A DNA stretch of 39,320 bases. It comes from an uncultured bacterium (GTDB lineage: Bacteria; SAR324; NAC60-12). The notes beneath the pieces were generated by a model, which made no database searches, was not told where the DNA came from, and worked only from the letters and a program-made list of their open reading frames with translations. Within the stretch, counting starts at the first letter, position 1, and every line of letters starts with the position of its first letter. Shown piece by piece: positions 26,822 to 36,496 of this stretch. A program made the position numbers and the translations under genes. The stretch covers positions 1 through 39,320 of the forward strand of contig CAXGMD010000024.1 of the NCBI GenBank assembly GCA_964010765.1, read 5' to 3'.

Positions 26822-26880
26822 TGCGCAAACATTCCCTTCTTCCTTTTCTTCTCCAATCAATCCTTATCAGATCTGAAACC

Positions 26881-27933
26881 ATGGCGAGTACAACTATCCA
26901 CCGAGATTACAGCCTCATCGGACCAGAAGCCCAAAAAGCGGAAGAGAAAGGACTGGCCTCCGCAACTTGGTACGCCACGCCTATCCCCCGCAAACGTATG
27001 AAGGAATTGATGCGTCGCTCAGATCAACCAGCGATTCGAGACACAGCCATCTGGTTGGGCCTGCTTACCCTGACAGGTGGATTTGGTGTGTATTTCTGGG
27101 GAACCTGGTGGTGTGTGCCCTTCTTTTTTGTTTATGGGATTCTTTACGGCAGTGCCTCGGATTCCCGTTGGCACGAGTGCGGTCATGGTACCGCATTTCG
27201 CACCCAGTGGATGAATCAAGCTGTGTATCAACTCGCCTGCTTCATGATTATGCGAAGCCCCACTGGATGGCGTTGGTCCCACACACGTCATCACACAGAC
27301 ACCATCATCGTCGGTCGTGATCCTGAGATTGCCATTGGTCGTCCTGCTCGGCTGTTTCGACTGTTCCTTAATTTCTTTGGCCTGATCGATATTCCAATCT
27401 CACTGGCAAAGACGGTCCTACATTCTTTTGGACAGTTGACTGCCGAGGAGGCTGACTACATCCCCGAGATGGAAAGACACAAAGTTTACAATGTGGCCCG
27501 TGTCTGGATCGTGGTCTACGGACTGACTGCTGCGGCCAGTCTGATCTATCAGAGTTGGCTTCCATTGATGCTGATCGGCTTGCCCCGCGTGTATGGAACC
27601 TGGCTACACATCGTCTTTGGTCTGACCCAACATGCTGGCCTGGCTGAAGATGTCCTTGATCATCGCCATAACACGCGCACTGTTTACATGAACCCCATCT
27701 TTCGTTTTCTCTACTGGAACATGAATTATCACGTGGAACATCACATGTTTCCGATGGTTCCATATCACGCACTCCCTGCTCTTCATGAAGAGATGAAAGC
27801 CGATACGGCCCCTGTTTATCGGAACATGATTGAAGCCTATCGTGAGATCATTCATGCCTTGTGGAAGCAATCCAGTGATCCTGATTTTTTTGTTCCCAGG
27901 GCTATTCCAAACTCAGACCCAATAAGTGCATAA
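26881..27933 (+). CDS. mocD: Membrane fatty-acid-desaturase-family di-iron oxygenase, MocD-like
   Basis: Three His boxes (HECGH, HTRHH, HVEHH); RDYSL.G..., MRRSD.PAIRDT and GRDPEI segments. Clustered with MocE/MocF-like genes. Confidence 0.85.
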   Translation: MASTTIHRDYSLIGPEAQKAEEKGLASATWYATPIPRKRMKELMRRSDQPAIRDTAIWLGLLTLTGGFGVYFWGTWWCVPFFFVYGILYGSASDSRWHECGHGTAFRTQWMNQAVYQLACFMIMRSPTGWRWSHTRHHTDTIIVGRDPEIAIGRPARLFRLFLNFFGLIDIPISLAKTVLHSFGQLTAEEADYIPEMERHKVYNVARVWIVVYGLTAAASLIYQSWLPLMLIGLPRVYGTWLHIVFGLTQHAGLAEDVLDHRHNTRTVYMNPIFRFLYWNMNYHVEHHMFPMVPYHALPALHEEMKADTAPVYRNMIEAYREIIHALWKQSSDPDFFVPRAIPNSDPISA

Positions 27934-28102
27934 TCAAGCCCGGTAGCAGTAGCCTGAAACAGATTTGAGAGGTTTTTTAACTATCATTACTGGGAGGTGA
28001 TTTTTTAGGTTTTCTCAACTTCAAAACTTACCATTTGGAAAATTGGTAATCTTGCCATCTAAGAGTGATCTTGAGAGTAGATTTGCATTCAGGTTTTTGA
28101 TC

Positions 28103-29626
28103 ATGATTTCAATCTTTAAAAAGACTGTAAAAATCAGAAAATCCCTGGAATCAGTTCTCATTGGAATCATCGTTCTTATTGTTTCCATCACAACCACACA
28201 CGCTCAATCCAATGAGTTGCTTCAATCAAGAATACGACTCTTTGAAGCCTGGCTTAATACGCTAATGAGTGATCAATCCTTACGTGGAGTTTCTGTCAGC
28301 CTTGTTCAGAATCAAAAGCTTATTTACGCAAAGGGATTTGGGGTTTCCGACTTCGAAAAACAATCTCCAGCTACTGAGTCAACCAATTATCGAATTGCTT
28401 CAATCACAAAGCTCTTTACGAGTATTGCTTTGATGCAACTCGTAGAGCGTAAGAAAATTTTCTTAGACACTCCTGTAGTTGAAATAATTCCTGAACTGAG
28501 AGCAATCAAAACGAATGGTCATTCTGTAGAAGACATCACTATCAAGTCCATCCTGACCCACACTACGGGTCTACCCACCAATCCCAATTTCCTCTTGGAC
28601 AAAAGAGGTCAGAATCAGGCATTGGTCCTTGATGAATTTTTGAAGGGATTGGCCCAACAATCTTTGTTGTTCCCACCAAATCGAATCCATAAGTACTCCA
28701 ACTTGGCAATGAATCTTGGTGGATTGATTGTAGAGCGCGTCTCCGGATTGTCTTATGAGCAGTATATCCAAGAAGTTATCCTCACACCTTTACAACTGGA
28801 GTCCACTCGCTTTCCCACTGATTCGGAAACTACAAAGGTGATTGGCTACAGCCAAATCGTTGGAGGCCAACGATTGAAAAATGAATTTCCTGAAATGGCG
28901 AGTGTCTTAGGATTGCCATCTTCCGGACTCATTTCTACTGTCACGGATCTGGCTAAATTCATTAGTTGGCATTTTCGTACACTGAGTGCGGAGGACCAAA
29001 CACTCCTTGCAAGAGCCACCTTGTCTGAGATGCTGAAGGTTCAGTGGGTACCATTGCCCATTGAACTTCACCCCATGTTAAATACTGCGTTAGCTTTACT
29101 TGCAAACACCCTGGAACTTGGTGGAACAGGGCTTGGTTATTTTCGAGAAAAAGAGTTTGTTCTGCACAGTGGAGGCTTGATGGGATTTGCTTCAGAACTG
29201 GTGATGGATAATCAAAACAAACTTGGAGTCGTTGTCCTCTCCAATACGGTTGAGGCACCTGTTTATTTCAACCATCCCCAAAGCATCTCAAGGAATTTAT
29301 ATGAAATGATCGGTAGAGTGTTGGCTGATCCTAAATCGTTTGATCGGCCCCTGTTATATGCTGAATATGAAAATCTCTATTCAGATGATCACCACTGGCA
29401 CTACTACGTTACAGAAATGGGAGAGAATTTGATTTTGCTAAATATGCGAGAGGGAATGCCGCTGGCTAGGCCCGTTGTACTTTCCAAGGTGGGAACTGAT
29501 CATTTTGTTGATCCTAATCATGAAGGTATCTATGCAGGGGAGTTTTCCGTCTACTTTCAACGAGATCAGAATGGTAAGGTCGACTCAATGATCGTGAAGA
29601 ATAATAAGCTATATCCTAAAGATTAA
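28103..29626 (+). CDS. Exported serine hydrolase (beta-lactamase/AmpC-like) with C-terminal extension
   Basis: Signal/anchor ending THA-QS, IASITK (SxxK), ILTHTTGL, YSN, HSGG. ATG 28103. Confidence 0.87.
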   Translation: MISIFKKTVKIRKSLESVLIGIIVLIVSITTTHAQSNELLQSRIRLFEAWLNTLMSDQSLRGVSVSLVQNQKLIYAKGFGVSDFEKQSPATESTNYRIASITKLFTSIALMQLVERKKIFLDTPVVEIIPELRAIKTNGHSVEDITIKSILTHTTGLPTNPNFLLDKRGQNQALVLDEFLKGLAQQSLLFPPNRIHKYSNLAMNLGGLIVERVSGLSYEQYIQEVILTPLQLESTRFPTDSETTKVIGYSQIVGGQRLKNEFPEMASVLGLPSSGLISTVTDLAKFISWHFRTLSAEDQTLLARATLSEMLKVQWVPLPIELHPMLNTALALLANTLELGGTGLGYFREKEFVLHSGGLMGFASELVMDNQNKLGVVVLSNTVEAPVYFNHPQSISRNLYEMIGRVLADPKSFDRPLLYAEYENLYSDDHHWHYYVTEMGENLILLNMREGMPLARPVVLSKVGTDHFVDPNHEGIYAGEFSVYFQRDQNGKVDSMIVKNNKLYPKD

Positions 29627-29698
29627 GTTTTCCTGCTGCTTGTTTTTGTGCTCTATATTGGTTGAAATTATTACTGTCACTTCCCACTATTTAAGCTT

Positions 29699-29929
29699 AT
29701 GAACAAAAACACAAAAACAACGGTTATCATCTTATCGTCATTGGCAGCACTTGTAGGAATTGGCATCGCCACGGGCTTCATCACATTCAATCCCATTGAT
29801 AAATCTAAGCCTGCCTACGCCAAGGATCAGCAGTGTTTTGAAGAACTCAAAGCGAAACTGACTCCTGATGAGATGATGGAGATTATGAAAAAGAAGACAA
29901 TGACTCAATCTCACTGCGACTTTCTTTGA
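29699..29929 (+). CDS. Small hypothetical membrane-anchored protein
   Basis: 76 aa; basic N-terminus, one TM helix, two Cys in the soluble part. Confidence 0.6.
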   Translation: MNKNTKTTVIILSSLAALVGIGIATGFITFNPIDKSKPAYAKDQQCFEELKAKLTPDEMMEIMKKKTMTQSHCDFL

Positions 29930-29968
29930 TCAAGTCAGCATGAGCAGAGATACAGCTTCACTTACTGC

Positions 29969-30550
29969 TTAAGTTCCGGGCTGAATCCAAGCATACTCCA
30001 TCTGCCTGGCAGTTCGCTCTGCTAACTTCTCTCCAGCGAATTTGGAGACTAACTCCAAGCTCAGATCTATCCCAGCGGAGATTCCTGCCGCAGTGAACAG
30101 CTTGCCTTGTTCAATCCAGCGAACACCCTCTCGAACCTGTACGTTGGGATAATTTCTCTGTAAATCCGGGATATCTTCCCAGTGAGTTGTCACTTCCAAG
30201 CCATCCAGCAACCCCGCCTCCGCCAATAAGAAAGCTCCTGTACAGATCGAAGCAATCACCTGCACTTTCTCAGCAGTCTCTCTGATCCAGTCGATCACTT
30301 CCCTCTTGTGAACTTCTTCCAGATGAACGCCCCCGACCACAATCAACAGATCCAATGCTGGCACATTCTGGATGGAATAATGAGGTATCACCTTGAAGGC
30401 TCCACGAGCTTCAACCAAGTTTTCACTCGCACCAACGAGCCAGATATTCCAATCCAATTTTGCGAGTCGGTTAGCAACACTGAACACCTCAAAAGGTCCT
30501 GAAAAATCCAAGACCTCTGCCTGATCGTAGAGGTAGATCCCAATGTTCAT
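29969..30550 (-). CDS. DJ-1/PfpI family protein (isonitrile hydratase-like clade)
   Basis: EVLDFSGPFEVF, SICTGA (nucleophile Cys), TTHW, TAAGISAGID, A..MEY; no AraC HTH. Confidence 0.9.
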   Translation of the reverse strand: MNIGIYLYDQAEVLDFSGPFEVFSVANRLAKLDWNIWLVGASENLVEARGAFKVIPHYSIQNVPALDLLIVVGGVHLEEVHKREVIDWIRETAEKVQVIASICTGAFLLAEAGLLDGLEVTTHWEDIPDLQRNYPNVQVREGVRWIEQGKLFTAAGISAGIDLSLELVSKFAGEKLAERTARQMEYAWIQPGT

Positions 30551-30665
30551 GGGTTCACGGAAGATAAAAGGATTATTTCAGCGCTGAAACCAAAGCGAGG
30601 AATAGCCTGTAAGGGCTCGGATAAAAACAGCTGTGCGTGGTGACGGAATCAGATTTGTCAGAATC

Positions 30666-31469
30666 TCAGGCGTGACCGACCTTTAAATCGCTACCTGCCC
30701 GGTTCTCACCTCGAATCAGCCAAAGGGGTCTTTTCGCAAAATTAATCAGATAACCGGAGCCAGTGCCCGTATCAATCAAGTCTCGGTTGAACAGGCTCGT
30801 GGAGGGCATGTAGCGAATGGCCAGACCAGCCCGTCGTTTGCCCGAGCGATTTGGATGGGAGCCATGCACCAAGTGGACGTCATGCATGGAGAACTGCCCT
30901 GGCGCGAGCTCCAAGCTGACTGTATTTTCTGGATCAATCCGACCATCATTCACTCGTTGATTGAGCACAAGATCTTCTCGAGATTCTTTTTGATGTGTCA
31001 GCGATTGATGCCGATGTGAGCCAGGAACAACTTGCATACAGCCGTTCTCTTCAGTCACATGATCCAACGCAACCCAAACGGTACAAGTCGCCAAAGGACG
31101 GATCGGCCAATAGGCCCCATCCTGATGCATCGGCACTTCCATGCCATCTGAGCCAGGCTTGCAGAAGAGTTGACATCCCCACAGAATGATATCGGGGCCA
31201 ATCAACTGTTCTACACAATCCACGATCACTGGATCCTTGGCCAATTCCATGAAAGCCTCATCACCGCGCACACCCTCCTGGTTCAAGCCACTGATGTGGA
31301 CACTGACCAGCTTCTCTGGTCGCACCTCGGGATTAGCCAGCAACACACGATCAACGGCAGCCATCAAATCGGTTAACCGAGATTCTGGTAACTGACAGTC
31401 TGGGATTAAGTAGCCCTCTTCTTGATATTGTTGAATCGCTTCAGCAGAGAGTGGGGCGTTGGTTGTCAT
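30666..31469 (-). CDS. Phytanoyl-CoA dioxygenase family protein
   Basis: FCKPG, HQD, WVALD...ENGCM.VVPGSH, HGSHPNRS..RR. Confidence 0.9.
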   Translation of the reverse strand: MTTNAPLSAEAIQQYQEEGYLIPDCQLPESRLTDLMAAVDRVLLANPEVRPEKLVSVHISGLNQEGVRGDEAFMELAKDPVIVDCVEQLIGPDIILWGCQLFCKPGSDGMEVPMHQDGAYWPIRPLATCTVWVALDHVTEENGCMQVVPGSHRHQSLTHQKESREDLVLNQRVNDGRIDPENTVSLELAPGQFSMHDVHLVHGSHPNRSGKRRAGLAIRYMPSTSLFNRDLIDTGTGSGYLINFAKRPLWLIRGENRAGSDLKVGHA

Positions 31470-31503
31470 CGATACCTTTTCGGAGTCAAGTCATTAAACA
31501 ATG

Positions 31504-32280
31504 TCACTGGGCCACCCAGCCGCCATCAACAGGAAGAGTGTGTCCCGTGATCATTGCAGCTGCGTCACTAGCCAGAAAACGAATTGCATCTGCCACCTCG
31601 TAGGTTTCTACCATCCGTCCGAGTGGCGTTCGTGCGAGTAATTTTTCTTCCATCCCATCTTCTGCCAGTAGACTTTGAGTCAGGGGGGTTCTCACGAAAG
31701 CAGGAGCCACGGCATTGACCCGAATACCTTGTGCTGCCCAATCCAGCGCTAAGGAGCGTGTCAGATTGACCACTCCCCCCTTGCTGGCCTGATAGGCAGG
31801 ATTGGGATAGACCCCACCTCCAATCAAACCCATGATCGAAGCCACATTGACAATGCTCCCCTTGCCCTGCTCGAGCATCGTCTTGGCAGCTTCTCTGGAG
31901 CAAAGAAAGGTCCCCGTCAGGTTGATGTTGAGCACTTCCTGCCAACGCTCCAAGGGCAACTCAGTCGCTTCCATCCGGGCTCCTGTTCCAGCGGAATTGA
32001 CCAGAATCTCATAGGAACCCAACGCTGCCACTTTCCTCATGACCTCTACAACGGAATCTTCCCTAGTCACATCCAGATACATGATCTCGATGGAGATGCC
32101 CTGATCATTGAGTTGAGCCTGAGCTTTCTGCAAAGCGGCTTCATTCCGATCGCCAATCACGACCTGTGCTCCTGCTTGAGCAAACACCTTGGCGGTCTCC
32201 AGACCAATGCCACTAGCTCCTCCTGTGATCAATGCTGTTTTCCCATCTAGAGAAAGGCGATCGTTTGGCTTGGTTGTCAT
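31504..32280 (-). CDS. SDR family NAD(P)-dependent oxidoreductase
   Basis: TGGASGIG, VNSAG, catalytic S...YQASK, NAVAP, VDGG. Confidence 0.93.
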   Translation of the reverse strand: MTTKPNDRLSLDGKTALITGGASGIGLETAKVFAQAGAQVVIGDRNEAALQKAQAQLNDQGISIEIMYLDVTREDSVVEVMRKVAALGSYEILVNSAGTGARMEATELPLERWQEVLNINLTGTFLCSREAAKTMLEQGKGSIVNVASIMGLIGGGVYPNPAYQASKGGVVNLTRSLALDWAAQGIRVNAVAPAFVRTPLTQSLLAEDGMEEKLLARTPLGRMVETYEVADAIRFLASDAAAMITGHTLPVDGGWVAQ

Positions 32281-32313
32281 GTGTCACTCCCTAGTAGAGC
32301 AGCCAACACTGGT

Positions 32314-32895
32314 TCACACTAAATCGCAGGCGTCCGCTGGCATCCAGTGCGCGTCTTGATCTAACCACTTGACGTTACAACCGATCGGATTGGTCAAGGG
32401 GACACTTACCGATTGTCCAGCCGTAACTTCTGCAAGCGCCTTTTCCAGGTCATTGACCTGCATCTTTGAAGTATCGCGTGGTTGATCTACTCCACGGCCG
32501 CAGTACGCCAGCTTACGATCCGCATCAAAGACGTAAAAGTGAGGTGTCCGAAGTGCTCCATAGGCCAAAGCAACCTCCTGGGAAGCATCCCTCGCATAGA
32601 TCCACGGGAAGTTGTGTTCCTTCATCCGCAAAACCATCTGGTCGAAATCATCAGTGGGATTGGTCTTCTCACTGTTGGAATTGATTCCAATAAAGGCCAC
32701 TCCCTTGTGCTGAAATTTCTCAGCAGTGGCCCTTGTGACTTCATCAGATCCAACGACGAATGGACAGTGGTTGCAGGTAAAGAAGACCACGAGCGTGGAA
32801 GCAGATTCAAAGTCAGCTAGGCTGTAGTTTTTACCATCAGTACCAGCGACAGAAAAATCAGGAGCAGTTGCTCCTAGTTCAAGGGTAAAGGACAT
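32314..32895 (-). CDS. Thioredoxin-fold (AhpC/TSA, PRX-like) protein
   Basis: [13 protein letters not shown] (CxxC), YGA.RTP.FYVFD, IGCNVKW. Confidence 0.9.
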   Translation of the reverse strand: MSFTLELGATAPDFSVAGTDGKNYSLADFESASTLVVFFTCNHCPFVVGSDEVTRATAEKFQHKGVAFIGINSNSEKTNPTDDFDQMVLRMKEHNFPWIYARDASQEVALAYGALRTPHFYVFDADRKLAYCGRGVDQPRDTSKMQVNDLEKALAEVTAGQSVSVPLTNPIGCNVKWLDQDAHWMPADACDLV

Positions 32896-32937
32896 CGTCT
32901 CTCGTAAAAAATCAGGTTTTGTTAACTGTAAGGTCTC

Positions 32938-34278
32938 TTAGAACTGGGCCCGAAATAGGAAGCTGGTTCCTTTTGCCTTATCTTCCTCTGAAACCAAGTA
33001 ATTGAAGGTCAACGAAGAAGACAGGAAGACCCAGCCACTGAGGGTGAAGCCCACTTCGTAGTATTGCATGATGTAGAGCTCTGTCCCGTAATAGCGAGTA
33101 TCCAGCAAGTACGGATCAAAAGTGGCTCCGTCTCTAATAAAGCCGGTAGGGAACTGGAAGATCAGGCCATTCCGCAGAACCGTGCTCTCAATACCTGCAT
33201 CAAAAGTAGTCCCTCCAACCGAAAGCGGCATCGAGCGATATTGCCCAGCCTGGTTTCCGATTCGGATTGCACCCCAGGAAGCGGTCCAATCGTAGATACT
33301 CAGCAGGGAATAGCTAGCTAGCGCTCCTCCAGAACCCAGACTTTCTGAGGCAGTCACTCCGTAATTTAGATTTGGGGAGATCTGCCAATTGGGGGTCAAG
33401 TTTTGGCGATAGTTCAAACCCAAGCCGAAGGCAATTCCTGTATTTCCATCAACATCCAGTTGTGAGATAGGTAGCCGTAGGGTCAGGCTGGGTTTGCTCT
33501 CTCCTTCAAAATTCCAACTGTAAGAAAGGGGAATGGTTATTGTGTTGACCTTGGAGTCCCCCTGATCATAGGAACTGAACCCCAGACCAATGCCAATTTT
33601 GTTCTCACGTTCGTCAATTTCGGTGCTGCTCTCTTCGTTCTCTTCGCTGCCAGCCACTTCTGGGGAAGCTGAAGAAACAGAAGAATCAGATTCATCAACG
33701 GCCATTCCTTCCGCATCTGCCATTGGCACCGCTTCGACTCCCGCAGCTCTACCTTGCAAGGCATTACCGAGCGGCAAATCCACCAGCACCGCTGAGAAAT
33801 CCAGGCGCACTAGGTTGTCCATCAAACTGCTGGGATTCCCTGCTACTGGGTCATTTGAAGTATACTGTACCATCAGTGCAAGCAGGTCGTTGACCAGATC
33901 GGATTCTTAAACTAGGGCATCTGTCAATTGAGACCAACTTCCTTGCCGTGAAGCTCCTTCGTAAGACCAGTTTTTATTCAGCGTGGGGATGTTGAAGGTG
34001 ACTTTGTTCCCTCCAGGATTGCCAGCTACGTTTGGATAAGCTGCCTTTAATTCGATACCTCTATAATTAAGCAAGAAATCAATTTGACCGTTGTCAAAGT
34101 CAATACCGCTAAATTGATTCTTCATTGTGTTGTAGTCTGGCAACTCATCAACAGAACTATAACTCATGGTCTTGGTCACTCCACCCTCCGTAATGGTCAG
34201 CTGAAACAGATCCGCTGCGGTCACTGATCCGACGTACAACAATAGCAGGAAGATAGCAGAGCATAGTCTGAGGGGCAT
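32938..34278 (-). pseudogene. Outer-membrane beta-barrel-type protein gene interrupted by one in-frame TAA
   Basis: ORFs 33907-34278 and 32938-33873 share a frame and are joined by TAA plus 11 sense codons (…DALV*ESDLVNDLLALMVQY…). Only the first part has a signal peptide; only the second ends in an OMP-like FLFRAQF. Confidence 0.75.
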
Positions 34279-34447
34279 ACGATCTCATTTGTTTGCGAGT
34301 GAATGAAATCCAAGGAACAGAGTTTCAGAGTTATAAATACTGATACTTGGCAAAGCGTGAATCATTGAATGAAACCTGCTGATACACTCTTTAGGATCAG
34401 AGTCCAAGTCATTTGGTTTAATGGATAAAAAAACAGGTCCCTTCGGG

Positions 34448-35008
34448 TTACTGAGATAACATTTGCATCGAGGTTTTTGCTGAAGGAGCAAAGTAACGAA
34501 TCATTAGTAATGTGTCTGAGTTCGAATACAAAAAACCAACATTCATCAAACACCCGACAACCACCCCAGATTTGTCGCCACTTTCTCCATAGAACAAACT
34601 TTTTTTTGGTCGCAATTCTAGATCTTCCAAAAACTCTGTTTTTTCAAACTCATAAATCTCCTTCAAGTTCTCTACTAACCGCTCTTTCACTTGGAGACAT
34701 TTACGCTGCTGAAGGGAATGGTTCAGGCCATTGATCTCCAAGAGACTCTTGTTTTCTTTATCCAGTTTTAGCGCATATTTTTCAATCACAGGATTGGGTC
34801 GGGGAATAACCGTTGGTTCAACAATCATTACCTCATTATCCTCTGACTTGATTTTATAGCTTTGGATTTTTTCTCCAAAGTGAAAACCAAAGGCACCAGT
34901 GATTGTATTTAGCTCTTCTGGCACTTGGTGTTGCAAACTGCAGCCAATGAGTAGATTAATCAGTGTAGAATAAGCTACTAAAATGATAAGCCTTGAACTC
35001 TTCATCAT
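34448..35008 (-). CDS. Hypothetical lipoprotein
   Basis: Signal peptide with lipobox LIGC; GAFGFHFG segment; AT-rich codons. Confidence 0.7.
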   Translation of the reverse strand: MMKSSRLIILVAYSTLINLLIGCSLQHQVPEELNTITGAFGFHFGEKIQSYKIKSEDNEVMIVEPTVIPRPNPVIEKYALKLDKENKSLLEINGLNHSLQQRKCLQVKERLVENLKEIYEFEKTEFLEDLELRPKKSLFYGESGDKSGVVVGCLMNVGFLYSNSDTLLMIRYFAPSAKTSMQMLSQ

Positions 35009-35083
35009 TTAAAAGATTCTGAGGTAAAGATATTTCTGTGAATCATTCTCTTTGCCAAACAAAAAACTACATATATTTAGCAA

Positions 35084-36334
35084 ATGCAGCAACTCTATCG
35101 ATTTAGGAGACTATTCGGGTTTAGCATTCCCTTTTGGGTCATGAGCTTGTTTGGTTGCTTACCTGAGAAAACGAGCCGTGCTGAGAAAGCAGAGTTAAGC
35201 ACCAATACGGAAAGTTCTACAAAACCTGAAATTCTTTGGAAAACTACTGCAGCTGGAAGTGGGGAAGAGTCCCATGGACATTTCCTACTGTCCTGTTCGG
35301 ATGGTGGGTTCCTCCAAATTGGTGAGACCGGAAGTTTACCAACAAATGCACGAATTTTTGTCGTCAAAGTCAGTCAGGATGGAGCAATCCAGTGGAAAAA
35401 AGAATATCCTTCTGCTGGCCATAATCTTGGCAACGGTGCAATCGAAGTAGATGACGGGTACGTTGTTTTTGGTGCCATGAACCAGGACAGTGCACTGATC
35501 AAATTGAATAAGACAACTGGTGAGGTTGTCTTCAGTAAATCATATGATTTTGGGGGTGTGGACGCCATAGAGAGTATGATTCAACTGGGATCAAGTCTGG
35601 TTGCTGTCGGCTATATTAACGCACAAGATTCTGATACCACCTTCTATGCAGAAGGAGAGGGCCATCTGATGAAATTCGATATGCTGGGCAATCATCTGTC
35701 GGATTCAAGTCTAAATTTTTACACATCCCATGCTTATCGAATATACGCCTTCGAAGACAAGTTGATCATTGGAGGGCTAACCCAAGATGCCTTGGACTAC
35801 TCGTTGATCAAGATGACTGGATCCGGCGAGGTGATATGGTCCAAGAAATACGGTGGGTCCGGCGCAGATCACATGTTTGCAATGGATTTGGGGCCTGATG
35901 GAAGTATTTTCTTGTCTGGTCATACCACATCTGGCACAGCGAATTGGGATACTTATACCTTGAAATTGGATCAGCTCGGAAATGTGATTTGGGAGAACAA
36001 GGTAGGTAATCCTAGGGGTTTTGATCCAAGATACATTCACGATGAAGCTTGGGGAGTAAAAGCTACACCTGATGGAGGTGCTATTGTTGTAGCTGGTACC
36101 GGGGATGAATATGAAAGTTATTCAGAATGTTCGGACCTCGATTGCTCAGATCAATGGCATGCCTTTCTAATTCGGTTTAAATCAGACGGGAACCTTCTGT
36201 GGAAGGCGACATACCCAAATCCAGAAGGCGGAGATTGGGCAGGCGAGGATATCGTGCTCACAAAGGACGGAGGGGCTTTGATGGCTGTTGATGATGGTCA
36301 ATTTGCTTTTGTTCAACTCTCCTCAGTGTATTGA
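35084..36334 (+). CDS. Lipoprotein with beta-propeller-like repeats
   Basis: Lipobox LFGC; recurring units such as K...G...W.K.Y(G) and T.DGG. Confidence 0.8.
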   Translation: MQQLYRFRRLFGFSIPFWVMSLFGCLPEKTSRAEKAELSTNTESSTKPEILWKTTAAGSGEESHGHFLLSCSDGGFLQIGETGSLPTNARIFVVKVSQDGAIQWKKEYPSAGHNLGNGAIEVDDGYVVFGAMNQDSALIKLNKTTGEVVFSKSYDFGGVDAIESMIQLGSSLVAVGYINAQDSDTTFYAEGEGHLMKFDMLGNHLSDSSLNFYTSHAYRIYAFEDKLIIGGLTQDALDYSLIKMTGSGEVIWSKKYGGSGADHMFAMDLGPDGSIFLSGHTTSGTANWDTYTLKLDQLGNVIWENKVGNPRGFDPRYIHDEAWGVKATPDGGAIVVAGTGDEYESYSECSDLDCSDQWHAFLIRFKSDGNLLWKATYPNPEGGDWAGEDIVLTKDGGALMAVDDGQFAFVQLSSVY

Positions 36335-36496
36335 AGGCTTTCTCCATTACTTCGCATTCTTTTGGAGACGTTGAAGCGAAAGCAAGTGGGAGTTGATGGG
36401 TTATTTGTGCATGTTTGATTAAGGAAAACCTGACTCATTGCTGTTGGCAATTTTGTCTGAGTTACTGACGAGGTGCGGTACGAAGTTGCTTCCCAC

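Noticed and set aside
28038..28077. TTACCA-N10-TGGTAA and overlapping TGGTAA-TC-TTGCCA inverted repeats upstream of the serine hydrolase
   Set aside because: Arms are only 6 bp in AT-rich DNA, and no cognate regulator is in the window; cannot be distinguished from chance.
33907..33909. Selenocysteine or pyrrolysine recoding of the internal stop
   Set aside because: The codon is TAA, not TGA or TAG, and other genes here use TAA as a normal stop.
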